Shown here one piece after another: positions 1 through 13,895 of a stretch of 38,977 nt of DNA (its first letter is position 1; each line of letters starts with the position of its first letter). Location of the stretch: positions 1 to 38,977 of the forward strand of contig JALDTO010000175.1 in NCBI GenBank assembly GCA_023515725.1. Direction: 5' to 3'. The DNA is from Amoeboaphelidium protococcarum X5 (taxonomy: Eukaryota > Fungi > Aphelidiomycota). Made by a program: the position numbers and the translations under genes. The notes beneath the pieces are model-generated. The model saw only the letters and a program-made list of their open reading frames with translations. It was not told the origin of the DNA and made no database searches.

Positions 1-334
1 GGGATATGTGGGTACCCCGATGAAAAGATCGCCGGAGCTTTTTTTAAAGTGTACGAGTGATCGCTTAACCCACATGGATACATATCACGGCACGTAACGC
101 TATAATCTAAAATGTCATGTCAATCTAAAGCTAAAAGTGATTGAGATCTAATCTATTTCTTCCTTAGAGAATCAATAATCAGTCTTCATTTATGTCTTGA
201 TATCGGCTCAATATGGCTCAATATTCACGCACGTTGACCCCTTGATTCTCAATGATTGGAACCAGATCAATCACACATGTCACTTAACTCGTATTCTCTT
301 ACGATGACTGCGTCTCAGCAGTTATGTCTCTAAA

Positions 335-819
335 ATGTCAGACAACCTGCGCGAAACTGTTAGCGTCAAAACTGGCCCTTATAATAATCATCAGGTCGAA
401 GGTGCAGTAAACAATCAACAATTGAGTGAAATAATGTCTGAATTGCAACGTTTACGTCAAGAGGTCGCAGAGTTGCGTATGGAGAATACAGAGCTGCGTA
501 GAAGGAATGATTTGTTAGAGACGCAACTGAATGAATTGCGCGACGGGTAGCGCCTGTTAAGCTGGCAGCGTGTTTTGAGTATTGCAATGGTAAAATTTGA
601 TAATTTTTTTAAACCTTATACTCACAATCGTAGATAATATTTATAGTTATTATCGAAATACTCTTCTTGAAGGAAGGATTTGACAAGTATCCTTCAAGTG
701 ACTGGGTGCCTGCCATGAGTGCTGCGAGGTAGAATTTGCTTCCTTTACTAGCCTTGCTCTACGCGCGTTCACTGCGCCTTGGAATTTTCTAATCTAATCG
801 CAATTTACCTCAAGAATGA
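335..819 (+). CDS. Hypothetical coiled-coil plus hydrophobic-segment protein (~146 aa, 1 intron 590-633)
   Basis: ATG 335; heptad pattern (LSEIMSELQRLRQEVAELRMENTELRRRNDLLETQL); reads through TAG 548; a GTAAAA...CGTAG intron joins in frame to IIFIVIIEILFL...; TGA 817-819. Confidence 0.6.
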
Positions 820-1190
820 TAATTGAATGAATTTGGCATGAATGATTATTGATTTCAATACATTTTGCATTTACGTGTAACTTGCCCCCACATACTTAAC
901 AACTACAATTAGATTATCGCGATCATCGTCGAAATTGTTTTCGTGATGAGACATGATGCCTCAAGTAATCGGTTTTCAATCGTACTTAATGACTTATGAA
1001 ATCTTCTTCTTCACGATATACTGTATTCGGTATCGTTAATAATCATTAAGGATCAGGATACAGCAGATCACAAATTCTTCTCAATCCAAACCTTCATCGC
1101 GCGCGTTCCTTTCCTTTTGTATTTTTGCTTTAGATTTAAAGTTTTTGAACGACCAATACATCAACTAATACATACATACAGCTACTAATT

Positions 1191-1581
1191 ATGCCTGAAG
1201 ATAAAGTTGTCAAAGCTACTGGTAGACCATCTACTTCCTCAGTGTAAGTTAAATATAGAGCAGCTTGATTCTAGATATTTATTTTAAAGATTCATTTTTA
1301 TGGTAGACGCAAGAGAAGTACTGGATCATCGAGTGCAGGAAATTCCCCAGCTGTAGCTAGACGAACTGGCAATGGAGGCAGTACCTCAACCATGATGAGA
1401 ATGTACACTGACGACTCGCCTGGCATTAAAGTGTAATTATATCTTTATCGAATGATATTATTGAGTGATTAATGTATGATTAATTGTGTGTAGTGACCCG
1501 GTGACTGTACTAGTCTTCAGTTTAATGTTCATTGGAGCTGTTTTTCTGCTTCACATTTGGGGAAAGTTTACTCGTGGTTGA
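1191..1581 (+). CDS. SEC61B: Sec61 translocon beta subunit (introns 1244-1306, 1433-1493)
   Basis: Spliced product ends [42 protein letters not shown], the Sec61-beta signature. Confidence 0.96.
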
Positions 1582-2215
1582 AGTAAGTGCCAGCTAGACT
1601 TGTTTTCTAGTCTATACAATGACTCATAGAGTACTATTTTGATCATATGAAATTGAATAAATACTCTGATCACCTTTATTTTGCTTATCTACTTATGGTT
1701 TACATTCGGTATATCATTCCTACAGTAGTTATCTTTCGCCCACTCGGTTGGACTATTACTTACCAGCATCGTTAATAATCGCAACATCGCGTCTTTACTG
1801 TGCAGAGACAAAGTCATTTCAATTTATTGTCCGTTTACAATCATTAATAGCCAGCTTCCCAAAGTAGTTTACTTAAGTGATGCGTCTCTAGCGCTTTTAG
1901 TATGTCAGAGCTGGCTTCTGAGTCTTACATGCCAGAAATTGTATCGAAGACTGGTCATGGAGCACATTCTGTCTCAGTGCCTGTCGATGTGTGGTTGATA
2001 CAATAGTGGCTGAAAACTAGAAGTAGAGATAGTGGGTGGATATAAAACCACTTAGTATTTATTTTAGTAAATTAAACCGGAGTGTTTCAATCAATTCTCT
2101 TGCTAATGGGTTGACTAGACGTCGACAGGCCACGCCAACACAACCAACGTAACGAATGCAATGCATAGAATAGCAAAGTGCATGCTTAGAGCAGGATAGA
2201 TTTAAGGCCACCAGC

Positions 2216-2473
2216 TCATAATTGCATTGCCAAAAATTGCGATGGCAGTAGTAATAATGTCACAACAGTACACAAATCGAAAGATTTTCTTACTGAGATA
2301 TAAGTGGCCACACCGTTGCAATTGCCTTCACATCCACAGTTTTCTTGATCGATGAATGTGTCCAATTTGCCCTGAATTTCTTCCAATTGCTTTTGAACGG
2401 AGTCAATTTTCTTATGCATTGAGTCAAACTTAGAGTCCAACAGATCCAACTTGGTCATTATCAAATTCAGCAT
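2216..2473 (-). CDS. Small orphan coiled-coil protein with a CGCEGNCNG motif (85 aa)
   Basis: ATG to TGA ORF; heptad pattern LDLLDSKFDSMHKKIDSVQKQLEEIQGKLD; TATAAAA-like element about 25 nt upstream on the minus strand. Confidence 0.4.
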   Translation of the reverse strand: MLNLIMTKLDLLDSKFDSMHKKIDSVQKQLEEIQGKLDTFIDQENCGCEGNCNGVATYISVRKSFDLCTVVTLLLLPSQFLAMQL

Positions 2474-3030
2474 AGATCTAACATTGTCAGTGGTATTTTA
2501 TAGCTGAGTAGAATTACGAGTGTGATTGTCTGCATGATTGTAAGCCATTTTGAATGTAAATGTAACGATATCGTGTAAGGATGTATAGATGTTGAGATAA
2601 GTAATAACCAAGGTAAGTAGATAAGATTCAATCTATCAAGTAGTCGAAAACAGTTAATCTAATCGCATTCTGAAACGTTTCAGATTATTGCATACTCGTT
2701 TCAGATTTTCCCGTTGTTGCCTTGTTGCCCGTTTCTATATAGTTCAATCAAAGCGATCATTATTGAAGTCTTTTGCGTAAGATTGGTCATAGCAAGTCAA
2801 ATCAAAGGTATCAAATGTACGTATGAATGTAGCTGATATTGAATTTTAATATCAACTTAAGATGTCATTTGAAACATGTATATAAAACATGTTTAGGCGC
2901 GAAGATCGTGCATAAGTTACCGTTGCTTAGCAACCGCATAATGATGATGTTCATGCGGAGAGCATGATAGTAAAGTCTCATCTCTCAAGAAATCTTATCT
3001 CTACAACTACAATCGGAACGTCATATTACA

Positions 3031-4713
3031 ATGAAGCCGCCATTTATAGAGAGCAGTATTCCGGAAGAAGAAGATGCATTGGAAGGCACCGATTATACGT
3101 CGATAATGATTGATAGTCCATCCGGTGATGAGACGACACCCAAGGAAGCAATTGATGCTGTAACGTGCGCCCCACCCGTAGTTGTTGATCCTTCTAGACA
3201 AGTTGAACATTTTTCAGATCTAGTTGAATTGGCATGTGCAAAGCAGGGTAAATCTACCAAGATTAAGAAGAAGAACTCTTAGCGTGAACGGTAAAAGACT
3301 ACGGAATCCACTGCGGCTGATCAAGATACCAGTAAATCTCCTGTGTAGTCGTCTTCCTCAGAATCGATCAATGATAAGTCTGAGGCTCGTCGTAGAAGTG
3401 CTGCAGCTTAGCGCATAGAATATTTGAAGAAAAATCTAAAGAATGTGGCAGAAATGACTAAAAGCGTGCCGCAGAAACTCGCACCTACCAGGATACCGAT
3501 TGTTAAACGATGGATTGACTACATGACTAAAAAGTTTCCTGGACACAAAAAGTACAAGTATATCCTTGACTCGCCTTGGTTTTTTGTCTACATCATTTCC
3601 ATGTCTCTGATTTAGGCTGTTTTATCTGCGTTCACTATCGATGCCATCGAGCTAGCTGATGGATGGTACGTGTCTAACCTTGTATCCACGCTATTCTTTG
3701 GTATCTACATTGTGGAGGTGTTATTTAGGATATTTGTGAAGGGATTTGAGTTCTTTCTGAATTTCTATAATTTGGGTGAAGTATCACTGACACTGTCTGC
3801 ATTCATATTGGATTACTAGCTGACGGGTACCAGTTTTGTGGCCAATGTTTTGTCATTGAGGATATTGTGGGTGTTGCATAAGATACCGGGGATCAAGTTC
3901 ATTTATGAGGGAATGAGATCAGCAGCTCCGCGTCTATTTGTAATTCTATTTCCCACCTGTATACTTATCTATGTCTTTGCTGTCATTGCTCAGTCCACAC
4001 TAGGGCCACAATCGTACCCGTTTCCAAGTTAGGACTATTGGCGTGCTTAATATGAATACACATTGCAGAATGGAACAACAATCATTGTTGAAGGAGCCAA
4101 TCTGCCTGATGATTATTGGGGATCTCTGAATAAGGCAATGTTTACACTATTCCAGGTCTTGAGTGGTGACGGTTGGGCCAGCGATATTGCACGGCCAACA
4201 ATGGCGACGCGACCATATAGCTTTATTCTGTTTGTTGTATTCTATTCAGTGTTCGCCTTTGTATTACTCAATATATTCACTGGTGTCATTGTCGATTCTA
4301 TCAGTTCCTATGAAGCTGAGTAGCAACAGCATACGAAGTCGTCTTATTCCAACTCCGGTTCGCCCCATACTCATCTAAGTCACAAAGGATCCGCAGATTG
4401 GAAGAGCAAGAGTATTAGCAGCTTAAATGGAAGTATACGCGATTCTGATGAGACTTTGAACGCAAGTCCCAGCTCGGCACCTTCAACTCCGCCATCTCGC
4501 CCAGTTTAGTCTATGCATGGCATAGTAAAGTCTGCAATGATGGAATCCAAGTTGGAACTGCAATTGGCCACGTTGCTGACAGAGTTGAAGTCGATAAAAG
4601 AGGAGATCAAGATTATGAATGCCAAAACTACAATGAAGATGAATATTATGAGTAGTAAGATTACAAAACTAGAAGGGGGTCAATCCAGTCGATAAGAGTC
4701 TAAGGATGTATGA
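3031..4713 (+). CDS. Single-domain (6TM) voltage-gated-type cation channel, BacNav/EukCat/CatSper-like (~560 aa; true start may lie upstream)
   Basis: Track ORFs at 3031, 3424, 3838, 4063 and 4513 share one frame and are separated only by TAA/TAG. S2 FFGIYIVEVLFRIF; pore YWGSLNKAMFTLFQVLSGDGWASDIARP; S6 FVLLNIFTGVIVDS; C-terminal coiled coil; TGA 4711-4713. Confidence 0.9.
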
Positions 4714-4777
4714 TTAGATTTTAATAAAGTATTGTTGATGCATTCAAGACTCCATTTCGGATGTACTTATTCATTTT

Positions 4778-7700
4778 TCATTCAGTCTTCAATTGTAATG
4801 AGGTATGCTAAAGCTATGACAGAACTTCTTTCATAAGGTTGGCAGTTTTGTAATCAGCTTCATACTCTGCAAGCGGCATTAGGATATTCTTCACATGACA
4901 TTTAATCGCAATACGCGCATCTTCCTACGTCTTGATACCATGCACAAGAAGATCTAGAATCCACAGTCGATGCATTCTTGCATGAAAGACATCTGTTGAA
5001 TAAATCAACTGTCGGAACAGCGGAACCTTTTAAAAATCCAAGATCAATTTAGACAGCAAGTACTCATTGATAATCTAAAACATTTCAGAATATGGATGTT
5101 GCAAAATCAGCATGCATTTAGCAGCAAATACTGATATAAGATTAGGTACCACAATCTCATGAACACGTTATATCGACACATCGTAATTGACCAATGCAGA
5201 TTCCACAAATAGATTAGTGATTAAGAACATTTGTCTCCTTGTAGGTACATTGCGGATCCTCAAATCATATTCATTGAATGACTTCTTGGACTTTCTCTTA
5301 CTTTAAAAATTTCTCTACTGTACACCATCGTCCTTGCCAGTGGAAGGAGTTGACGTAGCAAACTTGTCCTCAAGAATATCAATAACGGAACTCTTCTTAA
5401 ATACCCGATAACACGCGTTAATAATGCACCATGCAAATTTTCTAAGTATCAATCTTTAACTTGATGTACAGCAAAGACAGAGAGCGATGATGTTCTTCTC
5501 AAACAAGATGCCCAAATCTTGGGTATCGCTTAGACTCAAATAAGCAAAGCTGTACTTCAGAGTCTCCATGACTTTATATAAAGAGTCTTCAGACTTGTCA
5601 ACTTCTAGAGCCAGCTAGACCATCTACTTGCCATCTATATCTTCAATGAATCCAACGACATCGCCAGATTTGATCTCTTGATTTAGAATAGACACCAGTT
5701 CTTGCTCATTCAGATTCATTTCAGGGATAAGAGCACCTTAATCGTTAAGATCCACAACACCACAATTAACTGAAAGTTCTCTCTGAGTGCTACATCTGCT
5801 GGAAGGCGATGCAAGTGCCAAACTTTAGACTAATGAATACAACGCTGCATTGCTTTACAATCCGCTAAACTGTCTAATCTTTTCAACGATAATTTACTTC
5901 TATTAATCAGAAAGACACATGATAGATTATTTCTTACGATCTATCAAAATCACAGCAAGCAACGCCTCAGCCAATCTGTCTGACTATGGCAAGCTCAATA
6001 TCAATTGAAACCACTCTTCCTTGGCAGATTATAGCTATTATGCGTCTTTAATTAAACTGCAGATATTATTCCAGAACAACACAGCCTAAATATACTTCTC
6101 TTAAGAGCAGAGTCCGCGATACACGCAAAGTAAATCGGAATAATAAATCGCCTGTTTGCTTTTAATCAAATGGAGACACAAAGAGTCAAAGTCCAGGATA
6201 TTGGTGTTTCTATCACCACTTTCTTTATATGCACATTTAATGCGATGAACTACTACCATAGGAATTAATAGATAATATACTGGATTTCCTGATAGAGAAG
6301 ACGCTTCAAAGCTGTCGATAAGATTAGTAATGTCCGATTACCCGGTGAGCTTTGACACTAGAATCTCCAACTATGCATAAATGCATTGAAACTCTACCTG
6401 GTTTAATAACATGAAATGGCACAGCAGTCGACTAATAAACTTAAACACCACTCTCTGGACATCTTTACTATCAGCATTTTCCAAATAAAATAACTTCAAT
6501 TTCTTGAATAACACCACCCAGAACATGCTAAAAGGAGACTTTCGGATGCTCAACTCGGAACTGTTGCCTATTGTTGGCAAAATTGCATTTGGTACCGCAA
6601 GTTACGAGAGATGAGCAGAAACTTTATCATCGTCAGTGGATTAGTCGCCTTGCATGGATGCCATACATATTTCCTAATACTCTGACACATAATTCTAAGG
6701 ACTTTTACAAACTGCAACGATTACTTGGTCCACTACAGATAAACTTTCATCCAGTCCGCCACACAACTACGCAGAGCCACTTCCATTCACTAGAGTCTCA
6801 ATAACCAACTCTGCCTCTAAACGATGGTATTTGAATGCGCTATACTGAACGAGTATATTCAACAAAAGGTTATGAATATCTGCAGACAATTAGGAAGAAG
6901 CCTATTTCAAATACCTGCAAATTACGACAAGAGTGCCAAATCGAGATAAATTCGTTGAACTCTCGACGACGAGCCAATTAACATCACCCAAAGACACCTT
7001 CAGGAGATCAATAACGGCTTCTAGAAGCAATAATTACTAATCGGTCAAACCCTTTTGATTTAATATGCATTACAGTACACCATCTAACCCTTTGAACGCT
7101 TTACCGCAGTCAAACTTAAACGTGTCAGCCTAGGTATCACCATCAACTGAACTCATCAGGGCGCGATAATGCGTCAAAGCATTCAGAATTCCAATGTACA
7201 AACTCTCATAGTCATTGAACTGATCAAATAAACCGGCATCATTCTACTAATCCTTCAGGTCCCGCAAAAGTAATCCATCTTTATCTGCATCCTCAGCCGG
7301 TTTACCATCAGAATTCTCACTCAACTTGGCTTTATCAATATAGGCTATTATTCCAATAACTACTTGGGCTTCAGGTAACTTTCTAAATACAATCTCTTTC
7401 AACCTGGCGACAACTGAGCTCAGATTCTAATCTTCCAGAATACCAATGACACGCTTTAATCGCTTCATAATAGCATTAAGTAGGAGAATAGATACAAACT
7501 TTATGAGGCCACACTAGTTTTACAAGCAGCGACTAAGAACGGACTTGCTGCACATTGCTGGAACTACGTAATCAATGAGATGCTCAGCTTCAATACTTTG
7601 AGATACATCATCCTCAGCACCATTTCGTGTCAAATCAGTAACAATTATTGATAGATCAAGAATACTTATCAAAACGCTACATTAATCAAGCCACACTTGA

Positions 7701-8801
7701 CTTTTCTATGCCGCAAGATTACGGCTCTGAGTACGCATAATAGATGGCATCAAGTAGGTATTGGTCTAAATTATCTCCAATAGAAGGTCCTTATAAGATT
7801 CTTAATCTAAACTTTAAACCAACTTATCGCAAATGAACAAAAGAATGCTCTTTGTAGATTATTATTTCGTACCATGAGATGCACCATTGATATTGTTATC
7901 ATCATCGTTCTTCGAGTCCATCAATAAAGTTTAATCTTAAAGACATAATCCAACGCCTGTCTAAGTGGCCACATTACGGATAAATTCTGAAATGTCATTG
8001 TGCAGCTCCTAATGATCAGCAGAGTCTAGCAACTAGAATAAATTACCAACCACCATCTTAGACAATAGGTGTAGCTGACAGCCAAATTTCAAATCTTTAT
8101 TACAAATTACACTTTGATAACACGTCGACAGGAGCAGTCTAATCGTGTGGATATCATCACTCTTCAAGTCTTTAAACAATGAAGTGACGCCGCCAACTTT
8201 TAAAAACACCAAACTATGAATAATTTCAGAATCATTGCTTTGGATCAGAGTACATATAAAATGTATATACACTGCTCTGATATCGTGTTATTAGCAATTC
8301 TACAATTTCGGTACAGCTTTAGACTTCCAATCAAAGTTTTGATACACCAATCGACCCAAATGACGCGAACACTTTGTGATAGATATCAGCAATAGCAAAA
8401 CAGATTTGGTGTATTAATTTATCTAGCCAAGATGCCGACTAATTGTTTGGCTATAATCCTACGTCAATATCTTGGAGCAGAGTGGAGAAATCATTCGCTT
8501 CTAGTCACAGCATTCTAACGAGTACGCGTCAATCACTGCAGTGAATGTATCGACAATCAACTGGACCGCACTATTATCTTCAGCATCAAATCTTTGAACC
8601 AATTCTTCGTGTAGAGGTGTGTAAAAATCAAAACTAATTATATCTGATATCCACTACAATTTTTTGGCTATAGGATAATCCTTCATTGAGCATACATCTT
8701 TAATGATTTCACAGGCTACACGTATTAATTCAAAAGACAGAATATTTTGTGTCTACAAGTACAAACCAATGGCTATGAATTACCTCTTCTAAAATCTTCA
8801 T
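4778..8801 (-). CDS. URB1: Nucleolar pre-ribosomal-associated protein 1 (Npa1/URB1), ~1330 aa; start and a possible 31-nt intron (8753-8783) are tentative
   Basis: Sampled segments from 4778 to ~8752 lie in one frame. Npa1 N-domain NFDWKSKAVPKL...DIRAVYIHFI...SLFKDLKSDD; NopRA1-like C-domain VFAAKCMLILQHPYSEMFQIINEYLLSKLILDFQKVPLF...HRLWILDLLVHGIKTQED. Confidence 0.85.
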
Positions 8802-9353
8802 CTTCGTGCCTATTCAGTAAATTAATGATATCCAATGCTGTGACATTCATATTACTAAGGCTACTGAGTAGAATAGTGGCTTTCAACAGACCAGAGTGAA
8901 AGAGAGATTGAAGTCGTTCGATCAGAAAACAGATCAAAGCGTTTCAGAGTGCTCGTCAACAAAGCTTTTACACTATTACGGTAGCACTTTTACTCGTCGA
9001 TCTTCTCTGGGTACTGTGGAGATCTTTTTTTCTGAATAAGTTTGTTAGATAAATAGGAGTTTCATAATCAGTTTCATCACAATAAGCTCTGTTTATTTTC
9101 CAACTAAGAAACCCAACTCTCTAATGCTGATGTAATCGACTGAACTAACATCATTGTCCCAAGAGTGAAATTGTTAGCCTTAGTAAGACAATGGCGTATC
9201 TGACGCGCAGTTCTTCAGTTATGGTTAAATATCTTAACATTGGCACATTTACCTTTTCCGGTATTTCGATCTGAACTTGGTTTAAAAGAAATAATATTGA
9301 ACTTTCTATTATCTATTTAAGACTTAGGCAGTCAAATTTCAACTCAACTACCA

Positions 9354-10592
9354 TCAGCTATAATGCAGACAGAACTCGCGCATTGGTTTAGGTACGCCGC
9401 GCAATACATCAGAGTCATCGCCTTATCTTACTATTTTGACTGCCTCTTCCAGTGGCCAATTATTTATCAAAACTTTCTGACTCAAATCTCGAATCTAATC
9501 CGCTGATGACAGAGGGCAGTTAATGACAAAGGCTGCCAATTCGGATCTGTCGGCTTTCATGGACATTACCATCAATTAATTCTACCAAGGCTTAAATAGT
9601 ATCTCACCGACGCGCTAATTCTCGATATTCTGTTCTATTCTATGCAAATTCCATTCAGAATCTTCAATAACATTCATCAAAAACTCGTGGTGAGCAACGA
9701 ATTTCCACATTTCGGGATTCCAGCGACTGAATAAGTGACCTGCAAGACATCCGGGTAAGAACAAGTAATAACGATCCGGACTTTTATTGATTTACTGCGC
9801 TAAAACCTGTTCAAGCGCCTAAATGCTTTCCATTGAACTCATCGCGCATATTACAAAATCCCACATCCGTCTCTCGGTACCATAAACTTTCAACAATGCT
9901 CTAAGCTTTTCTTCAGTATTTGTTTGCAACTTCTAAGCAATCAACTGCGCAACGATCTAATCATTAGTCGTTGGTTCAATATCAGGAGTGTATGAGGGCT
10001 TGAGATAGTACGGAAATTTTTGATATGCAAATTCTTAAACAAGACCGTCTTGAACTAAAATAGCGGCGACAAAGCAAGGAGCTAAGTACTTCATCGGAAG
10101 CTGATCACCATACTGTTGTTCCAAAGCTTGTTACCAAATATCGAAAAAGATATGATTCTTAAATGAGCAGATGACATCGACCATTCTGATACGTAAATTA
10201 TCATCCGACGCGAAGCTTAAATCTTACCACATTTTAATGGCCAAATCATAGCGGCCCTAATTCAGATATTGCTGCATCAAATGTTGCACACGATCGTAGC
10301 TTTGAGATGACCCAATGGCAGGAGCAATTTCTTCAGGCGTTTAAACTCTGGAGGACACATCGCTAGCTAAAACAACTTATGGAAATCTAGGCCTACCACG
10401 CGTTCTTCGACGAAAAATTTATGATAGACGCCCAAATAAAGGGAACTTGGTTAACTTCCTTTGAACACCATCATCAGAGCCAGTGTCGCTTGACGCGCAA
10501 TCATGGTCTGACACATCACAATTATGGCTATCAATCGCGCCAGTTAGACTTAACAATAACAGAAAGACCAGATGAGCAGCAATGAAATTCAT
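9354..10592 (-). CDS. Predicted secreted orphan protein (412 aa)
   Basis: Uninterrupted ORF with TAR=Gln; N-terminus MNFIAAHLVFLLLLSLTGA resembles a signal peptide; basic patch FRRRTRGRPR; no family recognised. Confidence 0.75.
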
Positions 10593-11050
10593 AGCGATTT
10601 ATAATGAGGATCACAGACGATAACTTTTGGAATTTATTCAAAATACAATCATAAGGAAGTTCTTTTCTTGTCTGTATGTAAAACGCGAACACGAGCTGTA
10701 AAGTTGTACAAAACGTTATTAATCTACAATTTCCTTAGGGGATATTGACTTGAATTGTAATTTATATTAATAATGAATTCACACCGCCTCCTTGGTATGG
10801 ATTTTTTGGTTGTATTACAGAACTTATACCTAACAATCTCTTTTAGTTCAACCAACCAACCTTCAGTACTTGTGGCGTAAAGTCGAATTCAAATGGACGC
10901 AGTGTCTGCGATAGAAGTATAATCCACTATAAACCAAAACTGCTTTAACTGGATCTTTCCCACCTGAAAAGGTTACAAAATACGTCGTGTTTAGAGATAT
11001 AAAAATATAAATTACATGATCACTAGTAGAGCCTTGAATCAAACAACTCA

Positions 11051-12667
11051 TCATTGTTATGATTTAGGATCAGAAGCACTGGTAGATTGTGGAGGTATTT
11101 CCAGATCAATAACATCATTCTTGGGTGACTTCTTCCACTAGGCACGAAAGCCAGCATCAGAAAAGAGCACAGACTCAGTCTACCAGTCATGATTGTCTAA
11201 TTTTGCGATGAAAGATGCAAAATGATCCAAAGTCCACTAATGAGAATCTTTGAAAATGCTCATCATCTTCTTGTTATGGCATAGCTCGTCTTCCTTCTGT
11301 AAGGTTCGTAAGTCAAGCATTTGATCAAGTTTAACAGCATTTAGCAGAGCTTTCAATGAATCTCTGCCTTCCGCCTCTTTATGCAGCACTATATGAATCG
11401 TTCTCTGTCGACTGCCGTCACTCCTCATCAATGTTCTCACTCCAAGTAGATAATTCTCGTCCCTGATAGTGTCGGCCACCATCTTGGCATCCTACAAGGC
11501 GTCAAATGAACTCTCTATCGTGCTGCCCATCCTAACATCTGGTAATCTATCAAATGCATCATCTGTCTAATACTAGTGCTGCTTGAGCTTGCCATTATCT
11601 AATGATCTTTTAGGCTTCTTGCGCAGAGACTCCCCCAATATCCCGATCCACTTTTCAATCTAAGCATCTCCCACCTGATACACATCAGTACCATTGTTGT
11701 GAACAAAGCCGCGACAAAGCACTAATGCCTTGGCATTGTTCATACTACCAATCTCGGCATTCTTCAGTTCTTTATATGTGGCCAATCCGTGCACAGGCGC
11801 CAACAGGAGATATGTCAGAAATAGAGTTGCAGGTGAGTGAGAATAGGATAGCAGTACCACGCCGCTCATCCAACCGGATACAAGAGCCAGTGCACTCTAC
11901 GCCTCAGCCTTGGCCGACAGATCACCTACATTATTCGAAAGGGCAAAATTCCTGATGAACCACATGTGGGTCACTCCCCACACTGCCCATGATACCGATT
12001 TCAGAATATTACCTGATGCAGCCAACAAGAGAAAATAATTAGATGGCACCAGGATAGTACACAGTTGCAGGCCCGAGCCAAGAGTAGTCAACACCTCTCC
12101 AATAGCCTTCCACGTCCTTGGATGGGAATCAAAACTCCTGGCATATCGCTTGATAAACAGCAACTTGCCCATCTCGGCAATACCATCCTTAAGTACCCAC
12201 TAGATAGCCACCGCACCAGCCGTAGACGCAGCCTTACTGATACCCAGAGATTCCAACATGGCTTGACTACAAAGCACTCCGACCACTGCGGCAACGTACG
12301 TCTCAAGTGCCTACCACGCATGAAACTTTACATAGCACGGGTGGACAGATGATGGGTAGTTGATGGGTAGAAACACTGATCGCAGTTGTGATACAAGGTA
12401 AGAAGGGCCTCCTGCAGACTCAAACTACCATTTGACATTCTTATCATCGCTATATTTCCGTACCCTGCCATAATGTTCTTCATATATAGGATCTTACTTC
12501 TTTTAATTTGGCGAGTTATCTACTGATAATAGTCGTAATATAGTTTTACTATTCAACTACTGTAGCTTATTGTTGATATTATATCGCACGTCACATTGAT
12601 ACCGCCGAACACCGCCAAGATGATATTTATTCCATGACGTGAAATTTTTTAATTATTTGAGAGACAT
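11051..12667 (-). CDS. RUS1 family protein (ROOT UVB SENSITIVE / C16orf58 / DUF647), ~538 aa
   Basis: FLPINYPSSVHPCY...WQALETY...AVAIQWVLKDGIAEMGKLLF...FALSNNVGDLSAKAEAQ; track ORFs 11237, 11660 and 11897 are in one frame; TGA at 11051. Confidence 0.92.
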
Positions 12668-12980
12668 CTAACAAATATACATTTTATTCTACTTTAGTTA
12701 TTATTAAATGTGACTTTTATAAAATCTAATTTATCGAGAACCTTTGTTCGGAAAGAGAGGCGCCAGAACGTCACACTACTTTAGAATTGTTGAAGATGAA
12801 GAGAAACTCTTATTGTCACATTGCGTTATGTAACTTGTTATTGACAGTAAGTAAAAAATTCAGGAACTTGTATTAACAAGACTGTACAATATTTTTAAAA
12901 ACATCAAATCATCTATTTAATTCACAAAATCATCATCGCTAATAACGTCTTCCCTAATATTTACTCGCTCATTGACAACT

Positions 12981-13895
12981 TCATACGCAGACAGTCTTCA
13001 AAACTTGACATTATTACGCGCAATTATCTTCTTCGCCTTCTTCTTCATCTTCTATTATACAAATCTAAACTCTTCTCGCCTTATTTACAACGTTGATAGA
13101 CGCGCCTTTATATCGTTCCAATTCAGATTTTATACGCAAATCTTCATCTTCGATATCCTTCTTTGTAATTGATGTAAACAGATCATGGCAAAAGGTTTAA
13201 AGCTCGAAACCTTCTTCTTTTTATTTTTCAGATTCAGACACTGTTAATAAGCTAGAGTTAAGTGGTCCGACGAGAGAATCATCGGTACAATATTGTGTCT
13301 CTTTTGAAGGCTATTAATAGACACCATCGCGTTCATAACTTGAGCGTCTTGATTGCAGAATAGAGATGAACTTCTAAGTGGTGGTGGACATGATACTTGC
13401 TCTTCTTAGCTAGGACACTATATTAACAGACGACTTAGCAACTCTATGTACAACATTTGGACTTTCTTTCTAGCATGTTTCGATCTTCTCTTATTTACAA
13501 TCACAGCCATCAACTGAGTCAATCTCTATAAAGCCTTCTTATGATACACCATTCACCATATCACCACCATCAGAATCCTACAGAGCCACATACTTATCAC
13601 CATTGATATGGACTAGTGAAGGATATCTTGAATCTCTTTCTCCGGTCATGATACTTGACAGGCGACGAGCAGCCTGTGAAACAGAGTCCGATAATCTTCT
13701 GAGCAACTTCTTTGGGCGCAACTTTCGAGGCTTTCTCAAGGACACGTACCCGAAACGAGGATTGAAGTAGCCTTTCTACCATTCGCTTCTTTCCAAGCCA
13801 TCATTGCACAAAGGTTAATCACTGATTTCACTTGTTTGATCGCACTTGTAAGCCACGATCACGTCTGGATCACTTTAATATTCGAATCTTGACAT
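12981..13895 (-). CDS. Hypothetical protein (304 aa), Ser-rich with an acidic C-terminus
   Basis: ATG 13895 to TGA 12981 is open with TAR=Gln (MSRFEYQSDPDVIVAYKC...EDEEEGEEDNCAQQCQVLKTVCV*). Confidence 0.65.

Noticed and set aside
1902-2114. 70-codon plus-strand ORF under TAR=Gln
   Set aside because: With only one stop codon, ORFs of this length arise often by chance, and no motif is recognisable.
13597-13782. 61-aa track ORF
   Set aside because: It is an alternative frame inside the longer 12981-13895 ORF.
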